Shown here: positions 1 to 8,886 of the stretch, one piece after another
Numbering within the stretch: the stretch's first letter is position 1
How the letters are laid out: every line of letters begins with the position of its first letter
Assembly (NCBI GenBank): GCA_034439895.1
Contig: JAWXBF010000003.1
Span: 6,819 to 70,818, forward strand
Length of the DNA: 64,000 nt
Reading direction: 5' to 3'
From: Deltaproteobacteria bacterium
Lineage (GTDB): Bacteria; Myxococcota_A; Polyangia; Fen-1088
The notes under the pieces: generated by a model
The model's input: only the letters and a program-made list of their open reading frames with translations
The model's database searches: none
What the model was told of the DNA's origin: nothing
Program-made: the position numbers and the translations under genes

Positions 1-25
1 TCATCGGTTCAATCGGGCAGCGCCA

Positions 26-505
26 TTAAGAGCGATCGATTTGCTGTTCTTTTTTCCGTTGGGCCTTCTCGACGGCTTCTTGAATCCGTTTCTCACGGGT
101 TTCAGATTTGGACGCGTCGTCGATGCGCCGGACGGTGTAGTTCTGCTGGCCGGGCGGAAGCGACTTGAAGTCTTTTAGGACTCGCTCGGATCGAAGGGCG
201 CTCATTGGGTCCTTGGGGATCGTCACGTGCGATCACCGTCTTTGATCTTCGTCTCTTTGCGGACCTTCGCACGAATGCAGCATGTAGTGCTGCCCTCCGC
301 CGGCGGGAAAGAGGCTCACCTTGAAAGGCTCTGAGCCGTTCAAGCGCGCCATAACCAGGACCGCGCTCTTCGTGCCCAAGGATTTCGTGACGCTCGCCGG
401 AACCGGAAGCGCGGAATAGTCCATGCCCGCAGCCCAGTTCTCGAGTTTTGATTGGAACGACAGTTGCTTGCCAGCTTTGGGGGATGGTTTGGGGGTCGGC
501 ATCGC
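26..505 (-). pseudogene. YdeI/OmpD-associated family gene (DUF1905-like N-domain, 233..505, plus OmdA-like C-domain, 26..226) interrupted by an in-frame TGA at 233-235
   Basis: Translation ...NGSEPFKVSLFPAGGGQHYMLH...DEDQRR-stop(TGA)-SHV-TIPKDP...YTVRRIDDASKSETREKRIQEAVE. The two domains of the YdeI architecture lie in the same frame, separated by a single stop. Confidence 0.5.
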
Positions 506-1434
506 TAGAGTTCCGTAGCACGTTTGCGCAACAGCCGTTGTTCGACAACGTTTTGGGTCAGTTGTGCGGCCTGCAACAATTCCGCGCGCGCCTCGTCCAA
601 CCGCCCAAGGCGGGCGAGGATATCGCCGCGCACAGCCGGTAGTAGGTGGAAGTTCGCAAGCGCGGGCTCTTGCGACAGCGCATCGATCATGGGCAATCCT
701 GCCTCCGGACCAAACGCCATCGAAACCGCGACAGCCCGATTCAACTCGACAATCGGAGAGGGTATTGCCTGCGCAAGTTGGCCATACAGCGTGGCAATGG
801 CCGCCCAATCGGTTTGTCCGTATGCGGTTGCGCGCGCGTGGCATGCGGCGATGGCGGCCTGTAAAACATAGGGACTCGTCGTGCCACCTCGCATTTGCGA
901 TCCGCGATCGAGGAGCGCCAGCCCGCGTCGAATCAGCAATTGGTCCCAAAGCAGTCGATTCTGTTGCGGCAACAACACCGGCTCGCCGTTTTTTTCCACG
1001 CGTGCGCCGTTTCGCGACGATTGCAATTCCATCAATGCCACAAGGCCAGTGGTGTCCGCCGAGTCCGGCATCAGCGCAAGCAAGACACGACCCATCCGAA
1101 GCGCCTCGCGACAGAGATCGATTCGCATCCAGTTTTCACCGCTGGTTGCAGCGTACCCTTCGTTGAAGACGAGGTAGATGACTTCCAATACCGAAGACAG
1201 CCGATGGGAACGTTCGTCGGCCGGAGGAATCTCGAACGGCACGGAGGCCTCGCGGAGTGTCCGTTTGGCGCGCACGATCCGTTGTGCAATCGTGGCACCG
1301 ATTCCAAGCGGGCACGGGGATTGCGTTGAAACCATTGTGATTTTAAGGATGGTTCCGAGCGCGCGAAGCGAGCCGTGCAACGCCCCCGTGTCGACCTTGA
1401 ACCGACCGATCACCCGCCCGCCATTCACCACCAA
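505..1434 (-). CDS. ECF-type RNA polymerase sigma factor, C-terminal part (region-4 HTH plus DUF6596-like extension). N-terminal sigma-2 region not found in frame, so possibly truncated or frameshifted.
   Basis: Motifs IAQRIVRAKRTL (sigma-70 region 4), LVFNEGY, SPYVLQAAIAACHA, TDWAAIATLYGQL and LNRAVAVSMAFGP typify the long ECF sigma family. A TAG stop lies immediately upstream of the first in-frame start. Confidence 0.5.
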   Translation of the reverse strand: MVVNGGRVIGRFKVDTGALHGSLRALGTILKITMVSTQSPCPLGIGATIAQRIVRAKRTLREASVPFEIPPADERSHRLSSVLEVIYLVFNEGYAATSGENWMRIDLCREALRMGRVLLALMPDSADTTGLVALMELQSSRNGARVEKNGEPVLLPQQNRLLWDQLLIRRGLALLDRGSQMRGGTTSPYVLQAAIAACHARATAYGQTDWAAIATLYGQLAQAIPSPIVELNRAVAVSMAFGPEAGLPMIDALSQEPALANFHLLPAVRGDILARLGRLDEARAELLQAAQLTQNVVEQRLLRKRATEL

Positions 1435-1738
1435 AACGGTATCCTATTTGCGGATCGATTGCCGGGCGACAATCGGGTCGCGGGCGGCAGTGGGCTTTCG
1501 AAGAGGACTCATACGACCCGGGCCGGTACGACGAGTGGGTTGAAAGCCAAGCCGAGAGAGCACGCGAAGCGTTCGGTCGCATGCCAAGAATATGGCCCCC
1601 TCCACGGCCGGGATACGATCGCGACGCGTCAGACTAAATTTTTATGACAGCTTTGTGTCCTGCAACCGAATTTTACGTTGCGTTTACGTTTTAACGACGT
1701 CTACTGACCGACTGCGACCCTAAACCTAGGATCCATCC

Positions 1739-2743
1739 ATGCGTCGCCACCACGTCCCTCATGCGTTCCAGGTCGTCCTCGTGGGGGGCATCGCCTTATT
1801 GGGCTGTCTTGGCTGTTCTGAATCGAGTTCACCCGAGGTTCAATCCGTCGACGCGGGCAGCGATGCTTCGGTGGGTGCCTTTGATCCAACCCGGCCGTGT
1901 GGGTATGACACGAGCGTTGGCGGCTTCAAATTCGCCATGAATGGTGCCGAAGGGTTCTCGGGATTCCAGGGCCGCGTCTTTTCAGGTCCGGGGGCACTCG
2001 GATTTTTTGAGACGCGCATGCAGGCCGAAGGCTGTCGCGTGCTCGTCAAGTCCAATCCGTTTTGTGCAACCCCATGTACGGGTGAGCAACAGTGTTCGGT
2101 TGATGGAAAATGTGTTGCGATTCCCCGTCAGCAAGATGTCGGCACGGTGCGGGTGGCGGGTCTCGCGACGGATCTCATGGTGAATCCCGGCATGAGCAAC
2201 TTTTACAACTATGCCGGCGACTTGCCCTTTCCGTTGGCGGCAGCGGGGACAACGTTGTCACTTTCTGTGCAAGGCGCCGGCGCAATCACAGGGTTTGCGC
2301 TCTCGGTCCGGGGGATTGCGTTACTCGAAGGGACGTCTTCTGATCCTATCCCGGCCGGTAGCACGCGCGGTCTCGATCTGGTCTGGACAGCGCCGGGTGA
2401 CATGGCGGCCGCATCCCGAATGCGCATCTTTGTCAATGTGGACAACCACGGCTCGTCGAGTGCGCGCGTCGAGTGCGATGTTTCCGATTCGGGTAAGTTC
2501 ACGGTGCCTCAATCCGTGATGGGCCGCTTGCTCGCTCTGGGTGCGACAGGGTTTCCAACCGTAACACTCATGCGCTCTTCGGCGTCTGCGACCCGGATGG
2601 AGGTGGGCTGTGTCGATTTCAGCGTCGAGTCATCGCGTACCCAGTTGCTCAACGTGGACGGTGTCCTATCCTGTCACGAGGATATGGAATGTCCCGAAGG
2701 ACAGCAGTGCGTTACCCCGGCGCAAATTTGTAAACCAAAGTAG
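1739..2743 (+). CDS. secreted Cys-rich hypothetical protein (probable lipoprotein)
   Basis: N-terminal signal peptide with a lipobox-like LLGCLGC, multiple Cys pairs, and no catalytic motif recognised. Confidence 0.45.
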   Translation: MRRHHVPHAFQVVLVGGIALLGCLGCSESSSPEVQSVDAGSDASVGAFDPTRPCGYDTSVGGFKFAMNGAEGFSGFQGRVFSGPGALGFFETRMQAEGCRVLVKSNPFCATPCTGEQQCSVDGKCVAIPRQQDVGTVRVAGLATDLMVNPGMSNFYNYAGDLPFPLAAAGTTLSLSVQGAGAITGFALSVRGIALLEGTSSDPIPAGSTRGLDLVWTAPGDMAAASRMRIFVNVDNHGSSSARVECDVSDSGKFTVPQSVMGRLLALGATGFPTVTLMRSSASATRMEVGCVDFSVESSRTQLLNVDGVLSCHEDMECPEGQQCVTPAQICKPK

Positions 2744-2767
2744 CGACTGAACCCAAAGGAAGTACCC

Positions 2768-3859
2768 GTGAATCCGAAGCAGTTCTCGAAATCAGTGATG
2801 ACGATCCGGGTGGGAGCAGTGAGTTTCTGGCTGGGTGCCGCGGCCCTTGTTGCCGGCGTTTCGTGCAAAGATTCAGGCAAAGGTGGAGGCGGCAGCGGCG
2901 GCAACACCGCTCTAGCTTCGGGCAACGGTGGGTCTGACAATCAGGCCGGCGGCGACGGCGGTCGTTCGGCGGGTGGCAGCGCTGGCGGTGATGCGGTTGG
3001 TGCAGGCGGCGCGGTTGACACGGGTGGCGCGGGTGGAACGGCAAACACCGCATCGGGTGGTGCCGGCAGTGGCGGGACGGGTGGAAAACAGACGGGCGGT
3101 ACCGGTGGAACCCCGACCGGTGGCATCCCCGGAACGGGTGGAACTGGTGGTACGGTTGCATCGGGTGATCCGAAACCAACCTTTACGTTTTTTACCGTCA
3201 GCCAGGCTGGACTGTTGACGTTTGCCACGGACAAGGTCAAGGGACTTGGAGGCGATCTCGGAGGTCTGGCGGGCGCCGACAAAATGTGCACCGAACTCGC
3301 CCGACGCGGGAGTCCCGGTGACACGAAACTGTGGAAGGCCTTTCTGAGTACGACCAAAGGTGGCGTCAACGAAGGCCCGATTCATGCCATCGATCGCATC
3401 GGCAACGGACCTTGGTTCGATTTCAACGGTCGCAAGTTGGCCAACAACAAACAGGATCTGATGCCGGCGGCGGGCGCATCGGGCGGTCGGCCGATGGGCG
3501 CGGCCCCTCAGCTTGCGGCGATGTTCACCGACGAAAACGGCGCTCCCGTCAGTGCCGACACGAACACCGTCGACAACCACGATATGCTCACGGGCTCCGA
3601 TGCGGCCGGCAAACTAAAGGGAACCTACGCGGAAACCTGCAATGACTGGACGAGCTTTGACGACAAGCTCGGTAAACCCTGGATCGGTCACGCCTGGCCG
3701 CGAACGCCAAGTAACGGTCGCAACTGGGTTTCCGATCACCAGGCCGGTGGGTGCGGCAAGGGCATTGATACCCGGAAGCAAGCCAGCAATGGGACGCCTA
3801 CCGTAGGAGCGGGTGGTGGGTACGGTGGCTTTTATTGCTTCGGCGAGGCGACGAAGTAG
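2768..3859 (+). CDS. lipoprotein with a long Gly-rich linker and a C-terminal Cys-containing domain of unknown function
   Basis: Signal peptide plus lipobox (VAGVSC), a ~110-aa GGxGG low-complexity linker, and a C-terminal domain carrying KMCTE...GCGKG...FYCFGE. Confidence 0.5.
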   Translation: MNPKQFSKSVMTIRVGAVSFWLGAAALVAGVSCKDSGKGGGGSGGNTALASGNGGSDNQAGGDGGRSAGGSAGGDAVGAGGAVDTGGAGGTANTASGGAGSGGTGGKQTGGTGGTPTGGIPGTGGTGGTVASGDPKPTFTFFTVSQAGLLTFATDKVKGLGGDLGGLAGADKMCTELARRGSPGDTKLWKAFLSTTKGGVNEGPIHAIDRIGNGPWFDFNGRKLANNKQDLMPAAGASGGRPMGAAPQLAAMFTDENGAPVSADTNTVDNHDMLTGSDAAGKLKGTYAETCNDWTSFDDKLGKPWIGHAWPRTPSNGRNWVSDHQAGGCGKGIDTRKQASNGTPTVGAGGGYGGFYCFGEATK

Positions 3860-3922
3860 GGTTCATCGAGCGCTTTTTGACGCCCATCCCACCGCGCCGT
3901 TACTTGCGGTACATTCACGCAG

Positions 3923-5227
3923 GTGTTCCGGCTGCCCGCATCCGCAAGCATCACGTGTGTGGTCGTGTTTGGCGTTGCAGCGACAGTGGATTCGGGTTGC
4001 CAGAAAAAGGTCGCAACCCCCGCTGATTCACGAACGGCGCAGAACGCGGCGGTTTCCAGGGTGTTGTCGCTGCCGTATCTAACCTCGAGGGCGATTTTGC
4101 CCGGTGATGAAAAGAAAATAGGATTGGTCTCGTCGGAGCCAACCCGTTTGTCGCGCGGGATCACGGTGCTGTGTTCAGAGCGCACCCGCGATCTGCGCTT
4201 CATCGATCTCGAAGGCAATCTTCTGCACGCAATCCAACTCCCGACGGCGAATTGTTTGTTTGGTATCGGCTACGACGACGACATCATCGCAGTCGGCCAC
4301 GATGGCCTGGCACGGCTCCGATGGGATTCCAGCGTCGTTTGGTTTAATACCGAGGCTCATTTCCACCACGACGTGACGGTGGATCACAAGGGCGACATCC
4401 ATACGCTCGATTGGAATCCACTTGAGGTTTCCCACCGTGGAACTACCACCAAGGTACTCGACATGGAGGTCGTCACGCTGGGATCGGATGGCAAGATCAA
4501 GGCACGTCTTTCCACCTTTGAGATCTTGCGTCCGCTGATTCCGGATTCGGCGCTCGATTCAACCGTTGCGTATTTCAAAGAAGGCAAAGGTGCCAAGGTC
4601 GACTGGAACAATCCAACCGATCTGTTGCACCTAAACACCGTGATCAAGGTGGACGACCCGTACGGGCCTTTGCACGCGGGCGATTTTCTGTTGAGCGCGC
4701 GCCATCTGGACGCCATTGTCGCGATTGATCCCGTTGGCAAACGAATTCGCTGGCACTACGGCAAGGGTTTTCTAGAGGGCCCACACCATCCGAGCCGGGT
4801 GGGTGACGACGGCTTGCTTATCTTTGACAACGGGCGTTTTCGTAAGCACTCGCGCGTTCTTGAGATCGACTTGGACGATACCGATTCGGATGACGATCCC
4901 GCGGATGCCGTGGAATGGTCCTACACAGGTGCGCCTGATTTTTATTCCAACTCTCGGAGCGGAGCCCAGAAGCTACCCAATGACAATCTACTCATCACCG
5001 ATTCGGAATCGGGCAGGATTTTTGAGATAACCGAAGAGGGAGACATCGTGTGGGACTACTGGAATCCCGACATCAAAAAAAGTCGGTCCGGCAAGCCTCC
5101 TGAACGGCGCATGATCTACCGGGCCTATCGATTCACACCGAACGAAATCAAATCCCCCGGATTCCTGTCGCTATTTCACAAGGGTCTCACACGCGCCGAA
5201 CGCATCGCGAACGGCGCGGTGAAATAG
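3923..5227 (+). CDS. arylsulfotransferase-like (ASST family) beta-propeller protein, secreted/lipoprotein
   Basis: N-terminal signal peptide, an HHD motif (EAHFHHDVTVDH), a later LPNDNLLITDSESGRIFEI...VWDYW repeat typical of the ASST fold, and size ~430 aa. Confidence 0.5.
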   Translation: MFRLPASASITCVVVFGVAATVDSGCQKKVATPADSRTAQNAAVSRVLSLPYLTSRAILPGDEKKIGLVSSEPTRLSRGITVLCSERTRDLRFIDLEGNLLHAIQLPTANCLFGIGYDDDIIAVGHDGLARLRWDSSVVWFNTEAHFHHDVTVDHKGDIHTLDWNPLEVSHRGTTTKVLDMEVVTLGSDGKIKARLSTFEILRPLIPDSALDSTVAYFKEGKGAKVDWNNPTDLLHLNTVIKVDDPYGPLHAGDFLLSARHLDAIVAIDPVGKRIRWHYGKGFLEGPHHPSRVGDDGLLIFDNGRFRKHSRVLEIDLDDTDSDDDPADAVEWSYTGAPDFYSNSRSGAQKLPNDNLLITDSESGRIFEITEEGDIVWDYWNPDIKKSRSGKPPERRMIYRAYRFTPNEIKSPGFLSLFHKGLTRAERIANGAVK

Positions 5228-5238
5228 GTCCTGCGTCC

Positions 5239-6336
5239 TCAGGGCAGCCTGGGTGCCTCGAAGGTTTCCTCGGAGGTCAACGACTGTACGAAGGCCATCA
5301 ACTGCGCGAGTTCCTGCTTGCTCAACTTTGCGGGTTTGAGCTTTTCATCCATGAACTTGTTCTTCTTTCCGCCGGCGACCATCAGCTTGACCGCATCTTC
5401 GAGGTTCGCGACGCTGCCGTCGTGGAAGTAGGGTCCTGACTTTGCGACCGAACGCAGGCTGGGTGTTTTGAAGGCGCCTGTGTGCTTCGGATCGTTTGAC
5501 ACCTTGAATCGTCCCACGTCAGGCTCCTTGGCATCCGAGCCGATGCCAACGTTGTGGAAATCGTGATCGGTGAAGAGCGGTGGTGCGTGGCACAACGCGC
5601 AGTGGGCTTTCTCGGTGAAGATCTTGTAACCTGCGATGACGTCTTCCGATACTGCGTTGGCTTCCGCTTTTTCGTGGCGATCCCAGGCCGAACCACCGCT
5701 GTTGAGGGTGCGTACAAAGGCAGCGATGGCAGCCGCGATGGTGTCGCCCGTGATGCCTGCTGCGCCGAAGGCATCTTCAAACCGAAGTTTGTATTCCTCG
5801 ATGGCCTGCAGTGCCGCAGCGGCTTTCCCTGGATCGCCGCTCATGTGGCCCTTCCAGGCCGCGGCGATCTGTTTTTCAAAATTCGCAGCACGACCATCCC
5901 AGTACCAGTGGGGTTGGAACCCAACGTTATAGAGGGTGGGCGAGTGGCGGGTGTTCACGGTGCCGTCGACCTTGGTCGAGAGCGCAAGTGCATCGGTCCA
6001 ACCCTTGTCGTGCTGGTGACACGTTTCGCAACTGGCCGATCCGTCGGCGGAAAGGCGTTTGTCGAAAAACAACATCTTGCCAAGCTGTACCTTCGCGGGT
6101 GAAAGCGCGCTTTCGGGTGGAATCGGCATTTCGGGCAGACCGGCCGGCATCGCGGTCAGTTCGGGAGAGGGTGGCGGCTCGGGCTTCGGCGCAGGAGCCG
6201 GTGCGGCGGGGACCGGTGGCGGCGGTGGCTCCGCTTTCTTGCAGGCCGCCACGCCTGCAACCGCGAATACAAGGGAGAGGTAAATTCTGAGAGTCCGTTT
6301 TGCCCGCATGGGCAGGGATTGTCGTTGTCCATTCAC
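5239..6336 (-). CDS. di-haem cytochrome c peroxidase (CCP/MauG family), lipoprotein
   Basis: Two CxxCH haem sites (CETCHQ, CALCHA), the conserved FKTPSLRSV and GPYFHDGS motifs, a lipoprotein signal and a Pro-rich linker. Confidence 0.85.
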   Translation of the reverse strand: MNGQRQSLPMRAKRTLRIYLSLVFAVAGVAACKKAEPPPPPVPAAPAPAPKPEPPPSPELTAMPAGLPEMPIPPESALSPAKVQLGKMLFFDKRLSADGSASCETCHQHDKGWTDALALSTKVDGTVNTRHSPTLYNVGFQPHWYWDGRAANFEKQIAAAWKGHMSGDPGKAAAALQAIEEYKLRFEDAFGAAGITGDTIAAAIAAFVRTLNSGGSAWDRHEKAEANAVSEDVIAGYKIFTEKAHCALCHAPPLFTDHDFHNVGIGSDAKEPDVGRFKVSNDPKHTGAFKTPSLRSVAKSGPYFHDGSVANLEDAVKLMVAGGKKNKFMDEKLKPAKLSKQELAQLMAFVQSLTSEETFEAPRLP

Positions 6337-6506
6337 TGCCGGTCAAGTACCAGCGCGGAACTCCTCACATAAATCCGCTTGCATGCTTCGGTGCGGCGGT
6401 CGGTTAACCCGGCTCCGGCGGAGACGCATTCGCAACACGTCAGGATCCTGTAAAAACTCGTTTCGCGACGGATCACGACCGCGGGTATGGGTGTAGATCA
6501 CCGCCC

Positions 6507-7661
6507 ATGATTCGTACGCCTTGCCCTGGATTGCCATGGTTGTTGCTCGGGATTGTCGTTGTATCGTCGATACACCCCGTCTTCGCTGCGGACGCGGTTG
6601 CCCCAAAGGCCGCGCCTCCGGACGAGCCCAAGCCGACTTTGTTGTGGCCCAAGGGTGCCCCGGGTGCGGTTGGAACCGAACCGAAAGATCAACCAAGCAT
6701 CGCTGTTTATCCGGCCCCCGCAAGCGACAAGGCCTCGGCCACTGCCGTGATCGTTTTTCCCGGTGGCGGTTATTCGATGCTGGCAGCCAATCACGAGGGT
6801 GCGCAGGTCGCCCGTTGGTTTAATGCCCAAGGTGTTACCGCCTTCGTCCTCCGGTATCGCCACGCGCCGTTTTACCAACATCCGATCCCCATCGGTGACG
6901 CGCAACGCGCGATTCGTACGGTTCGGAGCAGGGCGGCCGAGTATCACATCTCGCCGGATCGCATTGGCATCATGGGTTTTTCGGCAGGCGGACATCTTGC
7001 GGCGACGGCCTCGACGCGCTTTCTTCCGGGGAATCCGCGCGCAAGCGATCCCATTGATCGCGTGAGCAGCCGGCCAGACTTCGCTGTCTTGGCGTATCCC
7101 GTGATCTCGTTGGTGGCCCCGTTTTCGCACACGGGCTCGGCGGAGGCCTTGCTTGGCAAGGACGCCGATCCGCGTTTGTTGGATGAGCTGTCGGCCGAAA
7201 AACGTGTTACGGCCCGTACGCCGCCGACGTTTCTGTTCCATACGAGCGACGATCCGGGCGTCTCGGTTGATAACTCGATAGCGTATTACCAGGCCTTGCG
7301 CGCCTTCAAGGTCGCGGCCGAAATGCACATCTACCAAAAGGGCAAACACGGCGTCGGCCTCGCGCCCGACGATCCTGCTTTGTCGGGTTGGCCGGGTCGA
7401 CTCTCCGATTGGCTGAAGACGCGCGGAATGTTGGATCCTCCGCCGCCCTGCAAGCTTGCGCTCAAGGGCAATTCTCCTGTTGCCATCGCCTGTCGTGTTG
7501 GTGGCAAGCCTTCCGCCGGTGCAAAAATGCACGAGATGCAGGATCGGGCCAAGGCGCGCGGAGCGGATTTTTCGTGCGGCGATTGTCATAGCAAGGACAC
7601 GCTCACCGAAAACGCTGCGAAAGATTTCGAGCGTCTCGTGAAGTTGGCGAGCGGCCGATAG
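6507..7661 (+). CDS. secreted alpha/beta-hydrolase (esterase/lipase-type, GxSxG) with a C-terminal Cys-rich extension
   Basis: Signal peptide; VIVFPGGGY oxyanion-hole-like motif; nucleophile elbow GFSAGGH; later HTSDD and KGKHG (Asp/His of the triad). The C-terminal ~90 aa contain CKL...CRVGG...CGDCH. Confidence 0.75.
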   Translation: MIRTPCPGLPWLLLGIVVVSSIHPVFAADAVAPKAAPPDEPKPTLLWPKGAPGAVGTEPKDQPSIAVYPAPASDKASATAVIVFPGGGYSMLAANHEGAQVARWFNAQGVTAFVLRYRHAPFYQHPIPIGDAQRAIRTVRSRAAEYHISPDRIGIMGFSAGGHLAATASTRFLPGNPRASDPIDRVSSRPDFAVLAYPVISLVAPFSHTGSAEALLGKDADPRLLDELSAEKRVTARTPPTFLFHTSDDPGVSVDNSIAYYQALRAFKVAAEMHIYQKGKHGVGLAPDDPALSGWPGRLSDWLKTRGMLDPPPPCKLALKGNSPVAIACRVGGKPSAGAKMHEMQDRAKARGADFSCGDCHSKDTLTENAAKDFERLVKLASGR

Positions 7662-7673
7662 GGCTTGACTAAC

Positions 7674-8045
7674 TCAGTCGCATTCTCCACTTTGTTGTCC
7701 CGTGATCTGACCGCGCAGCGCCTCGACGTGTTCCAGCCAGCGTTGCCGGATGTCCTCGGGTACGTCGTGGGCGGCAAGGACGTTGCGCAATATCTGGGAT
7801 CGCCTGTCGAAGTGACCCCCCATGATCGGATGGCTTCGGTGCGCTTCTCGCATTGGCCGTCCGGTGTAGGGAAAATCAGCGCCCAGCATGCGTGCAGCGA
7901 GCTCGAACTCGCGTTGCTTGAGTGTCGTCGGGTCGATGTTGGCGAAGAAAAATCCGATCATCAGATCAGATGTGACACGGTTGATGAAATCGTCCACGAT
8001 CGCGCGCAACTTCGCCTCTCCGAGACGCAAATAAGCATCGGTCAT
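7674..8045 (-). CDS. glbN: truncated (2/2) haemoglobin
   Basis: Size is 123 aa. Motifs RLGEAKLRAIVDDF, GFFFANID, MLGADFPYTG and MREAHRSHPI match the trHb fold, including the proximal His. Confidence 0.8.
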   Translation of the reverse strand: MTDAYLRLGEAKLRAIVDDFINRVTSDLMIGFFFANIDPTTLKQREFELAARMLGADFPYTGRPMREAHRSHPIMGGHFDRRSQILRNVLAAHDVPEDIRQRWLEHVEALRGQITGQQSGECD

Positions 8046-8330
8046 GACAGCTTTCGCGTGGCGTCGTCAATCAACTTCACGCCGATCGCGTCCGTCGCAA
8101 TCTGTCTCTCTTGGTTTCGGACGGCCAGCGTCGATTGGCCCAGGCGGGTCCACTGGCGCGGTGCGTCTTGCGTGGGATTCTTCCGTGGTTTGAGAATGCG
8201 AAAACCTGGTTTCTCGTTCCCGGGTTGGGAGGTGTCCACATGGCGTAAGGGAGATTGTACCGCGGATAGAGAACTCTGGCGGGATTGCTCCTAAAGGAAG
8301 GCCTTCGGTAAGCCGAATCACAAAGACACG

Positions 8331-8771
8331 ATGGCGATTCACGCGAGCAAGAAGGATGTTCCCAGGGAATCCGCAGCCGGAAGCTCCCCGGACGACTCGA
8401 AGGGAGCCGAACCGGAGGGTTCTGACCGCCGCGAGTACAAGCGCTACGAGGTCAACGTCGACGTGAACTTCGAGAGCGCCAGTAACTTTTTCACGGGATT
8501 GACCCAGGACATCAGTCGGGGCGGACTCTTCGTGGCAACCTATGATTTGCGGGCGGTTGGCGAACAGGTCCTCGTGAAGTTTCAACTTCCGGACGAGCCC
8601 AATCCTCTTGAAATCACAGCGATCGTGCGTTGGGTTCGCGAAAACACCTCGCTGCAACGAGCCGAGACCTACGGCATTGGGTTGCAGTTCGTCGATCTTC
8701 CGGCTGAAACGGTTGCCATGATCGATCGGTTCATGACCAAGCGGGATTCCATATTCTACGACGTCGATTGA
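8331..8771 (+). CDS. PilZ-domain c-di-GMP receptor
   Basis: Canonical RxxxR (RREYKRYE) and D/NxSxxG (QDISRGGLFV) PilZ motifs. Confidence 0.8.
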   Translation: MAIHASKKDVPRESAAGSSPDDSKGAEPEGSDRREYKRYEVNVDVNFESASNFFTGLTQDISRGGLFVATYDLRAVGEQVLVKFQLPDEPNPLEITAIVRWVRENTSLQRAETYGIGLQFVDLPAETVAMIDRFMTKRDSIFYDVD

Positions 8772-8886
8772 GTTGCACGGGGGTGACGGAGATCTTGCGT
8801 TTCGTTCTGTTTGGGATGATACGGTTCGATGGCAAACTGGTAGGTGACTCGGGTTACAAGTTGGCCGTGGCCTTGAGGTTGTCGCC

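Noticed and set aside
2880-3170. Tandem GGTGG/GGCGG repeats
   Set aside because: They are coding low complexity (a Gly-rich linker of a lipoprotein), not a CRISPR array or non-coding VNTR. The repeats are imperfect and in frame.
6498-7589. 363-aa ORF on the minus strand, antisense to the esterase gene
   Set aside because: It is Arg/Gly-rich low-complexity translation typical of the antisense frame in high-GC DNA. It has no motifs, whereas the plus-strand product has clear alpha/beta-hydrolase motifs.
8046-8330. Possible c-di-GMP (GEMM) riboswitch upstream of the PilZ/GGDEF cluster
   Set aside because: Only short hairpins are present (GGCCA...TGGCC, TTCGG/CCGAA). No GEMM-like conserved core is recognisable by eye.
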